NCBI RefSeq assembly: GCF_965658795.1
Contig: NZ_CBFHTG010000006.1
Span: 60,403-124,402, forward strand
Source: Lentibacter sp.
GTDB taxonomy: Bacteria > Pseudomonadota > Alphaproteobacteria > Rhodobacterales > Rhodobacteraceae
Length of the DNA: 64,000 bases
Direction of reading: 5' to 3'
Below are positions 1 through 8,603 of the stretch, piece by piece. The first letter of the stretch is position 1. Each line of letters opens with the position of its first letter. The translations under genes were made by a program, and so were the position numbers. The notes under the pieces were generated by a model, which worked only from the letters and a program-made list of their open reading frames with translations, had not been told where the DNA came from and searched no databases.

Positions 1-147
1 GCCTTGGCCCATCACGCTCTGGTCAATCGCACGGCCCAAAGCAGCGCCCGCAAATCGGCCCACAGCAGTCATCGACAAGCCCAGAACAGAGCCGCCCATA
101 GAGCCGCCGATCGCCGCACCCGCGGCTGAAAGAAGAATAGTCGCCAT
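1..147 (-). CDS. RcGTA g15-like large tail/host-specificity protein, N-terminal 49 codons only (gene runs off the window start)
   Basis: The reverse complement of 1-147 reads MATILLSAAGAAIGGSMGGSVLGLSMTAVGRFAGAALGRAIDQSVMGQG, a Gly/Ala-rich N-terminus as in GTA g15. Its start shares an ATGA overlap with the g14 stop. It is absent from the ORF track because it is open at the window edge. Confidence 0.7.
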   Translation of the reverse strand, partial: MATILLSAAGAAIGGSMGGSVLGLSMTAVGRFAGAALGRAIDQSVMGQG

Positions 148-593
148 CAGCAGATCTCCTCAGGAAAACGAAATGAAGCCGCAACGCGGCGCTGCCATGG
201 GGCGGTGAGCGGGCTTTCCAGCACCGCGTGACCCGAATAGGCGTGAATGAATTTTGGCTTGGCACCATGGGCTGACATGATGCCAAGGTGCTTGGCCACG
301 GCCCCGCCGCGCATCCGGAAAAGCAGAATGTCGCCCGCTTCCGCCGCCGCCAAAGGCACGGCTACCAAATGGCGCTCAGCTGCGGCCCAGAGCCGCTCTT
401 CGCCCTGCGCCTCGGACCAATCCGGCGTGTAGGCGGGCACAGCCTCAGGCTCTTCGCCATAGACGGCCCGCCAGACCCCGCGCAAAAGGCCAAGGCAGTC
501 TGTGCCCACACCACGGCGTGACGCCTGATGGTGATAGGGCGTGCCGATCCACGCGCGCGCCTCTGCCAGCGCCGCCTCTGCCACCCCGCTCAT
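147..593 (-). CDS. GTA g14-like NlpC/P60 cell-wall peptidase
   Basis: 148-aa ORF with an NlpC/P60-like Cys motif (GTDCLGLLRGVW) and downstream His residues. It sits between g13 and g15 as in RcGTA, with 4-nt overlaps to its neighbours. Confidence 0.85.
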   Translation of the reverse strand: MSGVAEAALAEARAWIGTPYHHQASRRGVGTDCLGLLRGVWRAVYGEEPEAVPAYTPDWSEAQGEERLWAAAERHLVAVPLAAAEAGDILLFRMRGGAVAKHLGIMSAHGAKPKFIHAYSGHAVLESPLTAPWQRRVAASFRFPEEIC

Positions 594-1480
594 GCGCGAC
601 GGCTCCCGCCACCTGCCTGGCCTGCGTTTACAGGCTGGACCGTGAGCCAGCTATCCCCAGGCACATCTGGAAAACCCTGAAAGTTCAGCAGGTTGACAAA
701 CTTTGTGCGGCAGGTCTGCAGGCGCTTGTCGCATCCCGCCACAAGGCGGATCATGTCGCCCGTGGCAATGCGCGCACGCATGGGGTGCCACAGCTCGATC
801 ACGCGGCTCTCGCCGTCAAAGTAGTCGCGCTTCACAACGCCCTTAAGCCCGGTGCACGCCCCGCTCAGCCCCTCAAGCGTGCCAAAGGCAAACCAAGCCT
901 CATCAAAGCCCGTCATCCCCTCAAAGCGAAAGACACGGCCCTCTTCCACGCCTTCAACGGCGCGCTCTTCAAAGTAGCCTTCACTGCTTGTATCAAAACC
1001 GCAGCCTTTATCGCCCAAAACAGCGGTGCACGGCTTCTGATAGACCCGCCCCACAGGGCGCCCAAGCGCTTCGGTCAGCCCGCGCAGTTCGGCGTGAAAG
1101 GCCCCGTTGCCACGCCGCAGCTCGCCAATCGTGCCGCGAAAGACCACATGGCGCTCCTCCACATCGGCCCAGTTCACCAGCCAAGAGACAACCTCGGCGC
1201 CGTCATAGCGCCCCGCTTCAATATCAGCCTCGCTGATACTCGTGTCGCTCAGCGCCCCCATGGTCTCGGTGTTGTCCACCGATAGCCCCGTGCTTTGCTG
1301 AAGCGTTGAAGTGCTCAGGCCTGTATCGGCGCGAAAGTCTATGCCCCCAAAGCTGAGTGGCCCGTCATGATCGGTAAAGCCCATCACCGTGCCATCTTTG
1401 CGCGTCAGCGCCCAGCAGCGGCACACGGTTGTGAGGCCGGTTTGCAAATGCGTCAGCAGCGCGCCCGCAACGCCCCCCAT
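590..1480 (-). CDS. GTA g13-like tail hub protein (DUF2163 / phage BR0599 family)
   Basis: 296-aa ORF of the size and position of RcGTA g13. It has ATGA overlaps with g12 and g14. Confidence 0.8.
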   Translation of the reverse strand: MGGVAGALLTHLQTGLTTVCRCWALTRKDGTVMGFTDHDGPLSFGGIDFRADTGLSTSTLQQSTGLSVDNTETMGALSDTSISEADIEAGRYDGAEVVSWLVNWADVEERHVVFRGTIGELRRGNGAFHAELRGLTEALGRPVGRVYQKPCTAVLGDKGCGFDTSSEGYFEERAVEGVEEGRVFRFEGMTGFDEAWFAFGTLEGLSGACTGLKGVVKRDYFDGESRVIELWHPMRARIATGDMIRLVAGCDKRLQTCRTKFVNLLNFQGFPDVPGDSWLTVQPVNAGQAGGGSRRA

Positions 1481-2112
1481 CAGACCCGAAGCTCCACAAC
1501 AGGCACGTTGGGCACTTCGCCAGCGGCAAATGTCGCCGCCGAAGCCACGATCTGATCGGTGTCAAAGCGCACAGGCACATCAAACTCAAAGCCCGCCGTC
1601 ACCTCAACGCCCACGCTCGGGGGGTGCACGAATGTCACCAGCCCCGTGGTGTAATCGACGTTAAAGTCGAGGCTCTCGCTCTGCTCATCGCCCGAAAGGC
1701 CCATGCGCAATGTCCCCTCCACGGGCTTGTGCACAGGGCGCGCATAGGTCTGCGCGCCCGAGCGATAGACCTTCATAAGCTGGAACACGGTCGTGACCTC
1801 ATCGCCAATGGCGATCACCTCGTCTTCAAAGCCCACCTCGCGCGACGGGCGACCTGTCTGGAAATCCGTCCAGTCCTTCCAGCGAAAGCCGTGCATCCGC
1901 CCGCGCCGGGCCTCAAAGAAGGCCAGCACCGCGTCGATGTCATCCATCGACCGCAGCCCCATACCCGCGTCATAGCGGCGGCGCGAATGCGCCCAGGGCG
2001 TGTTGCGCTCCTCAAACCCGTTGGCAAGGCTCACCACATCGGTGCGCCGCTCAGGCCCCCCGGACGCGCCAAAGCTCAAGTTGGCGGGAAATCTCACATC
2101 ATGAAACTGCAT
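1480..2112 (-). CDS. GTA g12-like distal tail protein (DUF2460 family)
   Basis: The long ORF 1480..2205 was trimmed to the internal ATG at 2112 (MQFHDVRFPANLSFGASGGPERRTDVV), the typical N-terminus of this family. The trimmed start lies just downstream of the g11 stop. Confidence 0.8.
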   Translation of the reverse strand: MQFHDVRFPANLSFGASGGPERRTDVVSLANGFEERNTPWAHSRRRYDAGMGLRSMDDIDAVLAFFEARRGRMHGFRWKDWTDFQTGRPSREVGFEDEVIAIGDEVTTVFQLMKVYRSGAQTYARPVHKPVEGTLRMGLSGDEQSESLDFNVDYTTGLVTFVHPPSVGVEVTAGFEFDVPVRFDTDQIVASAATFAAGEVPNVPVVELRV

Positions 2113-2122
2113 CGGCTGTCTC

Positions 2123-2782
2123 CTATCGGTTGCGGTTGCCACGGGCGAGCACACGGCCCATCTGCGCAGCAATCTGGCTCTGGCTGCGGCGGAAGCTCTC
2201 GGCATCAGGGGTTGAAATATTCATCACCACATTGATGGCGCGGCCTGCCTCGGCCCTGACCCCAAGCTTGCCATCGGCCCCGCGAGACAAGGGCATAATC
2301 GCCTCTGGCCCCGCCTCGCCCATGAGGCCCGTGCCACCGCGCATCGGGAAAGTTGTGGGGCTGCTCACCACACCGCCATTGGCAAAAGGCATCACGCGCC
2401 CCTGCGCAAAACTGCCACCCGTCTCAAACGGGAATATTCCTCCCATCAGCCCGCCAATACTGTTGGCAATCAGGCCGCCAAAATGGTCGGTCACAGGCTT
2501 CACAGCCGCCGAATAGGACGCGTTGACCATCGACTGAGCCACCGTGCCCAGCACATCCGAGAGCTTGGCCCCATCGAGCACCACCCCGTCCACTGCGCGC
2601 CTGAGGCCGCGCGACAGCCCCTTTTCCAGCGTGGCAACCTCTTGCCCCGTCTCCGAGAAGCTCGCGCGCACCCGCCGCAGCTCGGCATCAAAGCTTGCCG
2701 CCATACTGGCCGCCGCTCCAAGGCTCTGCTCCAGCGCGTCGGCCTTCAGCTCCATATCATCCAAAGCATCAAAATCGCTCAT
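2123..2782 (-). CDS. GTA g11-like tail tape measure protein
   Basis: 219-aa ORF with a helical N-terminal half and a Gly-rich C-terminal half. Size and position match RcGTA g11. Confidence 0.75.
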   Translation of the reverse strand: MSDFDALDDMELKADALEQSLGAAASMAASFDAELRRVRASFSETGQEVATLEKGLSRGLRRAVDGVVLDGAKLSDVLGTVAQSMVNASYSAAVKPVTDHFGGLIANSIGGLMGGIFPFETGGSFAQGRVMPFANGGVVSSPTTFPMRGGTGLMGEAGPEAIMPLSRGADGKLGVRAEAGRAINVVMNISTPDAESFRRSQSQIAAQMGRVLARGNRNR

Positions 2783-2979
2783 ATCGTCCCTCGTTCTTGG
2801 GTGTCGGGATAGGCCTCAAGCAGCGCCTGAAGCCCCGTTTTGTCCATCGGGCGCAAGCTGGCCTCAGGGCCGAGCATCAGCATCAGTTCCACAGGCGTCA
2901 GCGCCCAGAACTCGCCGGGGCTGAGCCTGAGGCGCGTCAGCCCCAGCTTGAGAAGTTCGGCCCAGTCAAAGCGCATCAT
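2779..2979 (-). CDS. GTA g10.1-like small tail assembly protein (rcc01693 family)
   Basis: ORF 2779..3162 trimmed to MMRFDWAELLKLGLTRLRLSPGEFWALTPVELMLML (ATG at 2979). It overlaps the g10 end by 14 nt and the g11 start by 4 nt. Confidence 0.7.
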   Translation of the reverse strand: MMRFDWAELLKLGLTRLRLSPGEFWALTPVELMLMLGPEASLRPMDKTGLQALLEAYPDTQERGTI

Positions 2980-3301
2980 CCGCCCTTTCAGGCAGCATGA
3001 ACGCCCGCGCCAGAAGCAAAGCCGCCGCCCGCGCCGCCGCCATCGGGCCGCCTTCAATCTCGGCCTGCAGCAAATCCTCCGCGCGCCCTTGCCAGCCACC
3101 GCCGCGCAAGCCCGCCACGATGAGCTTGAGCACATCGCGGCTGGAGAAGTTGCCCGCCTCAAAGCGGCTCACAAGGGCGACAAGCGTGTCCTCGCCCAGA
3201 GCCGCCTCAAGCTCGGCCAGCGCCCCAAGCGTGAGCTTGAGCACGCGGCGCTCGCCGTCCATGACGAGCGCCACTTCAGAGGCAAAGGGGTTGCCCATCA
3301 C
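2966..3301 (-). CDS. GTA g10-like tail assembly chaperone
   Basis: 111-aa ORF between the major tail gene and g10.1. Order matches RcGTA g9-g10-g10.1-g11. Confidence 0.75.
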   Translation of the reverse strand: MMGNPFASEVALVMDGERRVLKLTLGALAELEAALGEDTLVALVSRFEAGNFSSRDVLKLIVAGLRGGGWQGRAEDLLQAEIEGGPMAAARAAALLLARAFMLPERADDAL

Positions 3302-3717
3302 ACACTTGCCGCCGTGAAGGTCAATGCGCCTGCAGAATTGAGCGAAAGCTCGTAGGTCGCCTCGCCGTTGTAGCTGCCCGCATAGTCGATAGAGGCCACC
3401 TGAAACGCGCCCTCGATGGTGCCAAAGTCGGGAATGATCACCTGAAAATCTGGCGTCTCGCCATCAAAGAAAATCTGGCGTGCGCGCTCGTCCGAAGCCG
3501 CATCCTTGAACACGCCCGAGCCAGACAGCGAGGCCGATTTTACGCCAGCCCCCCCCAGAATTTCGCGCCAGCCACCTGCGCTCTCAAGGCTGGTCACATC
3601 CACGCTTTCCGCATTAAAGCTCAGCCGCGTGGCGCGCAGGCCTGCGATGGTTTCAAACTGGCCATCGCCTGTGAGGTCGATCTTGATCAGAAGCTCTTTA
3701 CCGTTTTGTGCTGTCAT
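3298..3717 (-). CDS. GTA g9-like major tail (tube) protein, TP901-1-type
   Basis: 139-aa ORF (MTAQNGKELLIKIDLTGDGQFETIAGLRATRLSFNAE...), the characteristic major tail protein pattern at the expected position. Confidence 0.85.
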   Translation of the reverse strand: MTAQNGKELLIKIDLTGDGQFETIAGLRATRLSFNAESVDVTSLESAGGWREILGGAGVKSASLSGSGVFKDAASDERARQIFFDGETPDFQVIIPDFGTIEGAFQVASIDYAGSYNGEATYELSLNSAGALTFTAASV

Positions 3718-3743
3718 GTGAAGTCTCCAATGTTATCTGTATG

Positions 3744-4157
3744 TTAGCTGTCGTCTTGCACGCGTGCGCGAAAGCGCAGGTCAATGCGTCGGGTTGCGCC
3801 TGTGCCCTCACGGGTGGCGCTGGCGCGGTCAAATCCGAGGTAGATCAGGCTGCCGCGTGTCAGCACCAAAGGCGCATCCACCAGCACATCGCTCACCCGC
3901 CCCGCCACATCCTTGGCGGCCTGAAAGCCAGCGCTGTCTGTCACCACCGAGACGGTGAACAGATGCAGCGCGCCCGCCCCGCTCTTGTCAGAGCTGTCGA
4001 GCACATTCTCAGGCCCAAGCGCCACATAGGTGGCCGGCAAGCTGCCTGACGGGATCGCATCATAAATCGCTGTGCCAACAAAGGCCGCCAGATCGCTGTC
4101 AGCGATCAGCGCTTGATAAACTGCCGCCTGTAAAGCGGACGAAACTCCATAGCTCAT
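3744..4157 (-). CDS. GTA g8-like tail terminator (DUF3168 family)
   Basis: 137-aa ORF. Size and position match RcGTA g8. Confidence 0.75.
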   Translation of the reverse strand: MSYGVSSALQAAVYQALIADSDLAAFVGTAIYDAIPSGSLPATYVALGPENVLDSSDKSGAGALHLFTVSVVTDSAGFQAAKDVAGRVSDVLVDAPLVLTRGSLIYLGFDRASATREGTGATRRIDLRFRARVQDDS

Positions 4158-4492
4158 GCCACCGTCTCCTCTTCTGCCAAACAGGTGAGAAAGCGCCCCG
4201 TCAGGTCGTCTTCCACCACCGCCTCAATGCGAAACACCCGTGCCCCGTCCACAAAGCGCTGCTCGGGCTTGGGGCGCTTCTCGTGGCCCACAGGGGCCGC
4301 GCGCAGGCGGATCTTGTAGGCCACCCGCGCCAGTGGCACGGCCTCGCCCTGCGTCTCGCGGCCCGTGCGCGCGCTCACCTCGGCCCAAAGCGTGCCAAGC
4401 GGCTGCCACGTGATCGTGAAGCCCCCCGCGCCATCAGGCAGGCGCACAGGGCTCTCCAGCACAAGCTGGCGGTTGAGCATCGGCACAGTCAT
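4154..4492 (-). CDS. GTA g7-like head-tail adaptor (head closure/stopper)
   Basis: 112-aa ORF with 4-nt overlaps to g6 and g8. Position matches RcGTA g7. Confidence 0.75.
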   Translation of the reverse strand: MTVPMLNRQLVLESPVRLPDGAGGFTITWQPLGTLWAEVSARTGRETQGEAVPLARVAYKIRLRAAPVGHEKRPKPEQRFVDGARVFRIEAVVEDDLTGRFLTCLAEEETVA

Positions 4493-5088
4493 TGCCCCGC
4501 CCCCGCAAACAGCCGCACCGTGCGGTAGCGCTCGATCAGCGAGCTGACACCAAAGGGCATGTAGCCCTCGCCCACGTTGGTTTCGTTGCGGTATTCGTAA
4601 TAATAGGCCGCCAGCAGCAGCACGGCTTGGCCAAGGTCGGCGGGCAGGTCTTCCCAGTCGCTGCCAAAGCCCGCCTGAAAGCGCACCCGCACCGCGCCCC
4701 CCGTGGGCACAGCAGGCAAAACCCCCGCCACCGGCTTGAGCTTGGGGCGCTGCATATCAGGCTCCAGCGCATAAAAATGCGGGGCAAGCGGCGTCTCCAC
4801 ACCCAGGCGGTTGGTATAAACCACCTCGCCCAAAGCGCTCACAGGGGCCACAGGCAAGGCTTGGCCCGTGTCATCGCGCCAGCTGTTCAGCGTCCAGGAA
4901 AACTCCCGCGCAATCAGGATCTTGCCTGTGCGCGCCTCGATCGCGGCCATAGCCGCACGCAAAAAGCTGGCCAGAACAGGCTCTTGCAGGCTGTCCTCGG
5001 CAAAGCCCGTGCCAAGGCGCAAATGCGCTTTGAAGGCCTCCACTGGCAAGGCCGCCGATGGAACTGCGGTTTCTTCAATTAACATCAT
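4489..5088 (-). CDS. GTA g6-like head-tail connector (gp6-like adaptor)
   Basis: 199-aa ORF directly downstream of the capsid gene. Confidence 0.75.
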   Translation of the reverse strand: MMLIEETAVPSAALPVEAFKAHLRLGTGFAEDSLQEPVLASFLRAAMAAIEARTGKILIAREFSWTLNSWRDDTGQALPVAPVSALGEVVYTNRLGVETPLAPHFYALEPDMQRPKLKPVAGVLPAVPTGGAVRVRFQAGFGSDWEDLPADLGQAVLLLAAYYYEYRNETNVGEGYMPFGVSSLIERYRTVRLFAGAGQ

Positions 5089-5220
5089 GGACTCTCTCCA
5101 AAGTTTACGCCCCCGGGTGCGCGCGGCGCACGTCTTGCCTTAGGCGGAGGGAACAGCCAGCAAAACGCATCTGAGCGCCGCGCGCGTGAGGGAGCCGCAA
5201 TGCGCCCCCTCAGGCAGCGG

Positions 5221-6402
5221 TTAAGAGGTGGCGAATTTGAGCAGCTTGATGGCTGCAAAATCGCTCACATCGCCGCCCACACGCTTGGTGGCGTAAAACA
5301 GCACATGCGGTTTGGCGCTGAACGGATCACGCAGCACACGCAGGTCGGGGCGCTCGGCCACGGTGTAGCCTGCGTTAAAGTCACCAAAGGCAATCGCCAT
5401 CGCATCCGCGGCCACATCGGGCATGTCCTCGGCAATCAGCACAGGATAGCCCAGCAAGCGCGCAGGCTCCCCGGCCGCCAGCCCATCAGACCAAAGGAAG
5501 CGCCCGTCAGCATCCTTGAGCTTGCGCACAGCGCCGGCGGTCTTGGAGTTCATGACAAAGCTCGCATTGGCGCGGTATTGCGCCCCGAGCGCATAGACGA
5601 GGTCAATCACCGCATCGCCGCCATCAAAGCCGCCTGTGACACCCGTTGGCACATAGCCGATGTTGCCCCAGATCCAGCTGTCGTTGTCCACCGTAGGGTG
5701 CGTCAGAAGCCCTGTGGGCTTGTCCACACCGTTGCCGTTGATAAAGGCCGCCGCTTCAGAGCGGGCAAACTTGCCCGCAATCCGCCCCGCAAGCCAGCCT
5801 TCAATGTCAAAAGCACTGTCATCAAGCAGGCGCTGGCTCGCCTTGGGCAGCGCCGAAAGCTCGTGCAGCGGGATGGTGATACGGTCAATCTGCGGTGTGC
5901 CTGTCTCGCTTGACGGGTCGGTCTCTGTCGCCCAGCCCGCGCCCACATCGGAGTGATCCACCAGCACATCAAACGATGTCGCCTCAACCTGCACCACATT
6001 GGCAATCGCGCGGATCGAGGAGGTGCTTTCCAGCACCGAGCGGATGCTCTCGCTCGTTTCGGGGTCAACAAGGTAGCCGCCTTCTGCGGCCACCGCCGAA
6101 GACATCGCCTTGCCCTCAAGCTCAAGGCCGCGCAAGCCGTCGTCATCGCCAGAGCGCAGGTACGCATTAAAGGCCTTCTGGTGGGGCGCATCAAGCTCCG
6201 CCGCGCGGGCAAGCTGGGGTCGGTTGTGGGTCTGTGTTTTGCGGTCAAGCATGGTCAGTCGCTCTTCTTGTTGTTTCAATCGTTTGGCAATATCGCTCTG
6301 AAAGCCGTTGAATTCGCTCATGAAATCATCAGCCGCCGATTTCGTTTCAGGCGCGGAAGGCACAGCTTCCCTGGCCCGAGCCGTCGCTTGGGTGTCACTC
6401 AT
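5221..6402 (-). CDS. HK97-family major capsid protein (GTA g5)
   Basis: 393-aa ORF with an N-terminal delta-like domain and an HK97-fold-sized body. It follows the prohead protease gene. Confidence 0.9.
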   Translation of the reverse strand: MSDTQATARAREAVPSAPETKSAADDFMSEFNGFQSDIAKRLKQQEERLTMLDRKTQTHNRPQLARAAELDAPHQKAFNAYLRSGDDDGLRGLELEGKAMSSAVAAEGGYLVDPETSESIRSVLESTSSIRAIANVVQVEATSFDVLVDHSDVGAGWATETDPSSETGTPQIDRITIPLHELSALPKASQRLLDDSAFDIEGWLAGRIAGKFARSEAAAFINGNGVDKPTGLLTHPTVDNDSWIWGNIGYVPTGVTGGFDGGDAVIDLVYALGAQYRANASFVMNSKTAGAVRKLKDADGRFLWSDGLAAGEPARLLGYPVLIAEDMPDVAADAMAIAFGDFNAGYTVAERPDLRVLRDPFSAKPHVLFYATKRVGGDVSDFAAIKLLKFATS

Positions 6403-6438
6403 CCGAGATGTCCTTTCGTGGTTCGGTGTTTTGGCGCG

Positions 6439-6993
6439 CTAGGTCTGCGCCAGCTCCTGGCGCGCATCCCTGATGGCCGCCGCCATATTGCGCAGGGCGT
6501 CTGCCTCAAGGCTCTCGCCCTTCGCCCCCACCCGCGCACTGGGCAACATCGGGAAGGTCACCAGCGACACTTCCCAAAGCTCCAGTTCCGTCAAGAGCCG
6601 CTGGCCCTTGTCGTTCTTTGCCGCCTTTCTGGTGCGGTATCCGATAGAGAGGCCATCAATCGCACCCGCTTCAATGAGCGCAGCGGCCTCGCGGCCCCTC
6701 TGGGTGCTGTCCAGCAAGCGCCCCTTTACATAGAGCCCGCGCCCGTCCTCGCGCACCTCATCCCAGATCCCGATGGGTTGGGCGGGGTCGTGCTGCCACA
6801 GCATCTTCACGCGCCGCCCCTCAGCAGCCAGCGCCTTCAGGCTCGCCGCATAAGCGCCCTTGGCCACCACGTCACCGCCCTGGTCACAGGCGCCAAACAG
6901 GCTGGCATAGCCCTCAATCCGGCAGCCCTCCGTCACGGTGATCTCCTCTCCGAGGCGGCAGAATTTCCGTTCAATCTCAGTCTGGTAACTCAT
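6439..6993 (-). CDS. HK97-family prohead protease (GTA g4)
   Basis: ORF 6439..7026 trimmed to MSYQTEIERKF (ATG at 6993). It contains an HK97 protease-like SIGY segment and sits between g3.5 and the capsid gene. Confidence 0.85.
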   Translation of the reverse strand: MSYQTEIERKFCRLGEEITVTEGCRIEGYASLFGACDQGGDVVAKGAYAASLKALAAEGRRVKMLWQHDPAQPIGIWDEVREDGRGLYVKGRLLDSTQRGREAAALIEAGAIDGLSIGYRTRKAAKNDKGQRLLTELELWEVSLVTFPMLPSARVGAKGESLEADALRNMAAAIRDARQELAQT

Positions 6994-7012
6994 AACTCTA
7001 CTCCTAAAACCC

Positions 7013-7315
7013 TCAGCCGTGCACAAGGCTGCCCTGCATCACAAACGACATGCAGCCGCCAATGATAGCTGCGATGATCAGCCAGACCAGCCGCGCGATA
7101 TGCCCGTCGATCTTGTCGAGCCGCGTGTCGATCTGGTTGAAGCGTGCCACCATAAACTTGCGCTTTTCTTCACTCACCGCGCGCTCTGTCTCCATCGCGG
7201 CAACACTCAGCTCCAGCGAGGTCAGCCGCCGCTCGATATGGCGCAGCATCGCGCGGTAGCCCTCATACGGCAGCATCGCTTCCAGCACTTCCTCGGGCGG
7301 GCTAAGGTCACTCAT
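7013..7315 (-). CDS. GTA g3.5-like small protein (coiled-coil plus C-terminal transmembrane helix)
   Basis: ORF 7013..7387 trimmed to MSDLSPPEEVLEAML (ATG at 7315, overlapping the portal stop by 8 nt). The C-terminus LVWLIIAAIIGGCMSFVMQGSL is hydrophobic. Confidence 0.6.
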   Translation of the reverse strand: MSDLSPPEEVLEAMLPYEGYRAMLRHIERRLTSLELSVAAMETERAVSEEKRKFMVARFNQIDTRLDKIDGHIARLVWLIIAAIIGGCMSFVMQGSLVHG

Positions 7316-8492
7316 CGGCCCCGCCCCCAAGCGCTGGCAGGCCAAGCAGAAGCCGTTTTTCCGCCTCACTGAGAAAATCGGCCCCACTCACCCGCGCCCA
7401 CTGCGCATCGCGTTCTGCGGCCAGCGCTGGCACCTGGTCAAGGTCAGGCTTCAGCTCGAAGCGCCCGCCCCCGAACTGGCCCAGCCAATCGGCCAGCTTG
7501 GCCGTGACCCGCGCCGCCAGCGGCAGCACCGTCAGGCGGTAAAAGGCGCGGTTGGCCTCCTGATAGTTGGCATAGGTCGCATCTCCCTGAATGCCGAGCA
7601 GCATCGGCGGCACCCCAAAGGCCAGCGCGATCTCGCGCGCCGCCGCGTCCTTGGTCTTCTGGAATTCCATATCCGACGGCGAAAAGCCCATCGGCTTCCA
7701 GTCCAGCCCGCCTTCCAGCAACATGGGCCGCCCCGCATTGCGCGCGCCTTGGTAGTTGGCCTCCATCTCGCTCACGAGGCGGTCATATTGGTCGGCACTC
7801 AAGCCGCTCTGCCCGTCCGCCCCGCGATAGACGATCGCCCCCGAGGGGCGCGCGGCATTGTCCAGAAGCGCCTTTGTCCAGCGCGAGGCCGCGTTGTGCA
7901 CATCGACCGCCTGCGCCGCTGCCTGCATGGGCGAAAAGCCGTAATGGTCGTCTTGGGGGTGAAAATTGCGGATATGGCAGATGACAGGCGCGCCATCGCC
8001 CATGTGAAAGCGGTGTGTCTTGCCGCCCACAGCGTAATCATAGGCCACTGGCCAGCCGTCAGACCCCGGCACAAGGCTCATGCGGTCAGAGCGCAGCACA
8101 TGCAGCTCAAGCGGCAGCTCCTCCGCGCCGCCTGCGGCCTCGACATAGGCGTTGCCCGTCAGCAGCAGCTGGCCATACAACGCCTCCAGAAGCTCCGCAC
8201 GCCCCTGCGCCAGATTGGGCTTTTGCAACAGCGTCAGCGCAGGGTGTTCCTCATAACGCCGCGCGCTGTCTTGCAAAACAACAGGCAAGGCCGCCGCCGC
8301 CTCCGCAATCATCTTGACCGCGCGAAACCCCACAGGGTTGCCCGCAAAGCCCGTGCGTGTCAGGCTCTTTGTGTCGCGCGGGCTCCAGGCCACACGGCCC
8401 GCACCATGCCAGCCCACAACAGCCCCGGCGGCGCTGGCCTTGTGCTGGGGGGCCGCGGCCTCTGGTTTGCGAAGAAAGTCAAATACCGGCAT
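7308..8492 (-). CDS. HK97-family phage portal protein (GTA g3)
   Basis: ORF 7308..8549 trimmed to MPVFDFLRKPE (ATG at 8492, preceded by AGGAGCGACAT). About 394 aa, portal-like in size and position. Confidence 0.9.
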   Translation of the reverse strand: MPVFDFLRKPEAAAPQHKASAAGAVVGWHGAGRVAWSPRDTKSLTRTGFAGNPVGFRAVKMIAEAAAALPVVLQDSARRYEEHPALTLLQKPNLAQGRAELLEALYGQLLLTGNAYVEAAGGAEELPLELHVLRSDRMSLVPGSDGWPVAYDYAVGGKTHRFHMGDGAPVICHIRNFHPQDDHYGFSPMQAAAQAVDVHNAASRWTKALLDNAARPSGAIVYRGADGQSGLSADQYDRLVSEMEANYQGARNAGRPMLLEGGLDWKPMGFSPSDMEFQKTKDAAAREIALAFGVPPMLLGIQGDATYANYQEANRAFYRLTVLPLAARVTAKLADWLGQFGGGRFELKPDLDQVPALAAERDAQWARVSGADFLSEAEKRLLLGLPALGGGADE

Positions 8493-8603
8493 ATGTCGCT
8501 CCTGATTTGTAAAATCATTGCAATGTCTTAAAAGCCAAAGCTCATGCAAAACATGATCTGGCGCTTGTGAGAAAGATGCCCCAAAAGGTTTAAGAACTCT
8601 TAA

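Noticed and set aside
23-286. An 87-aa minus-strand ORF at the window start.
   Set aside because: It is out of frame with, and overlaps, both the g14 peptidase and the recognisable g15 N-terminus (1-147). It has no motif and looks like a GC-frame artefact.
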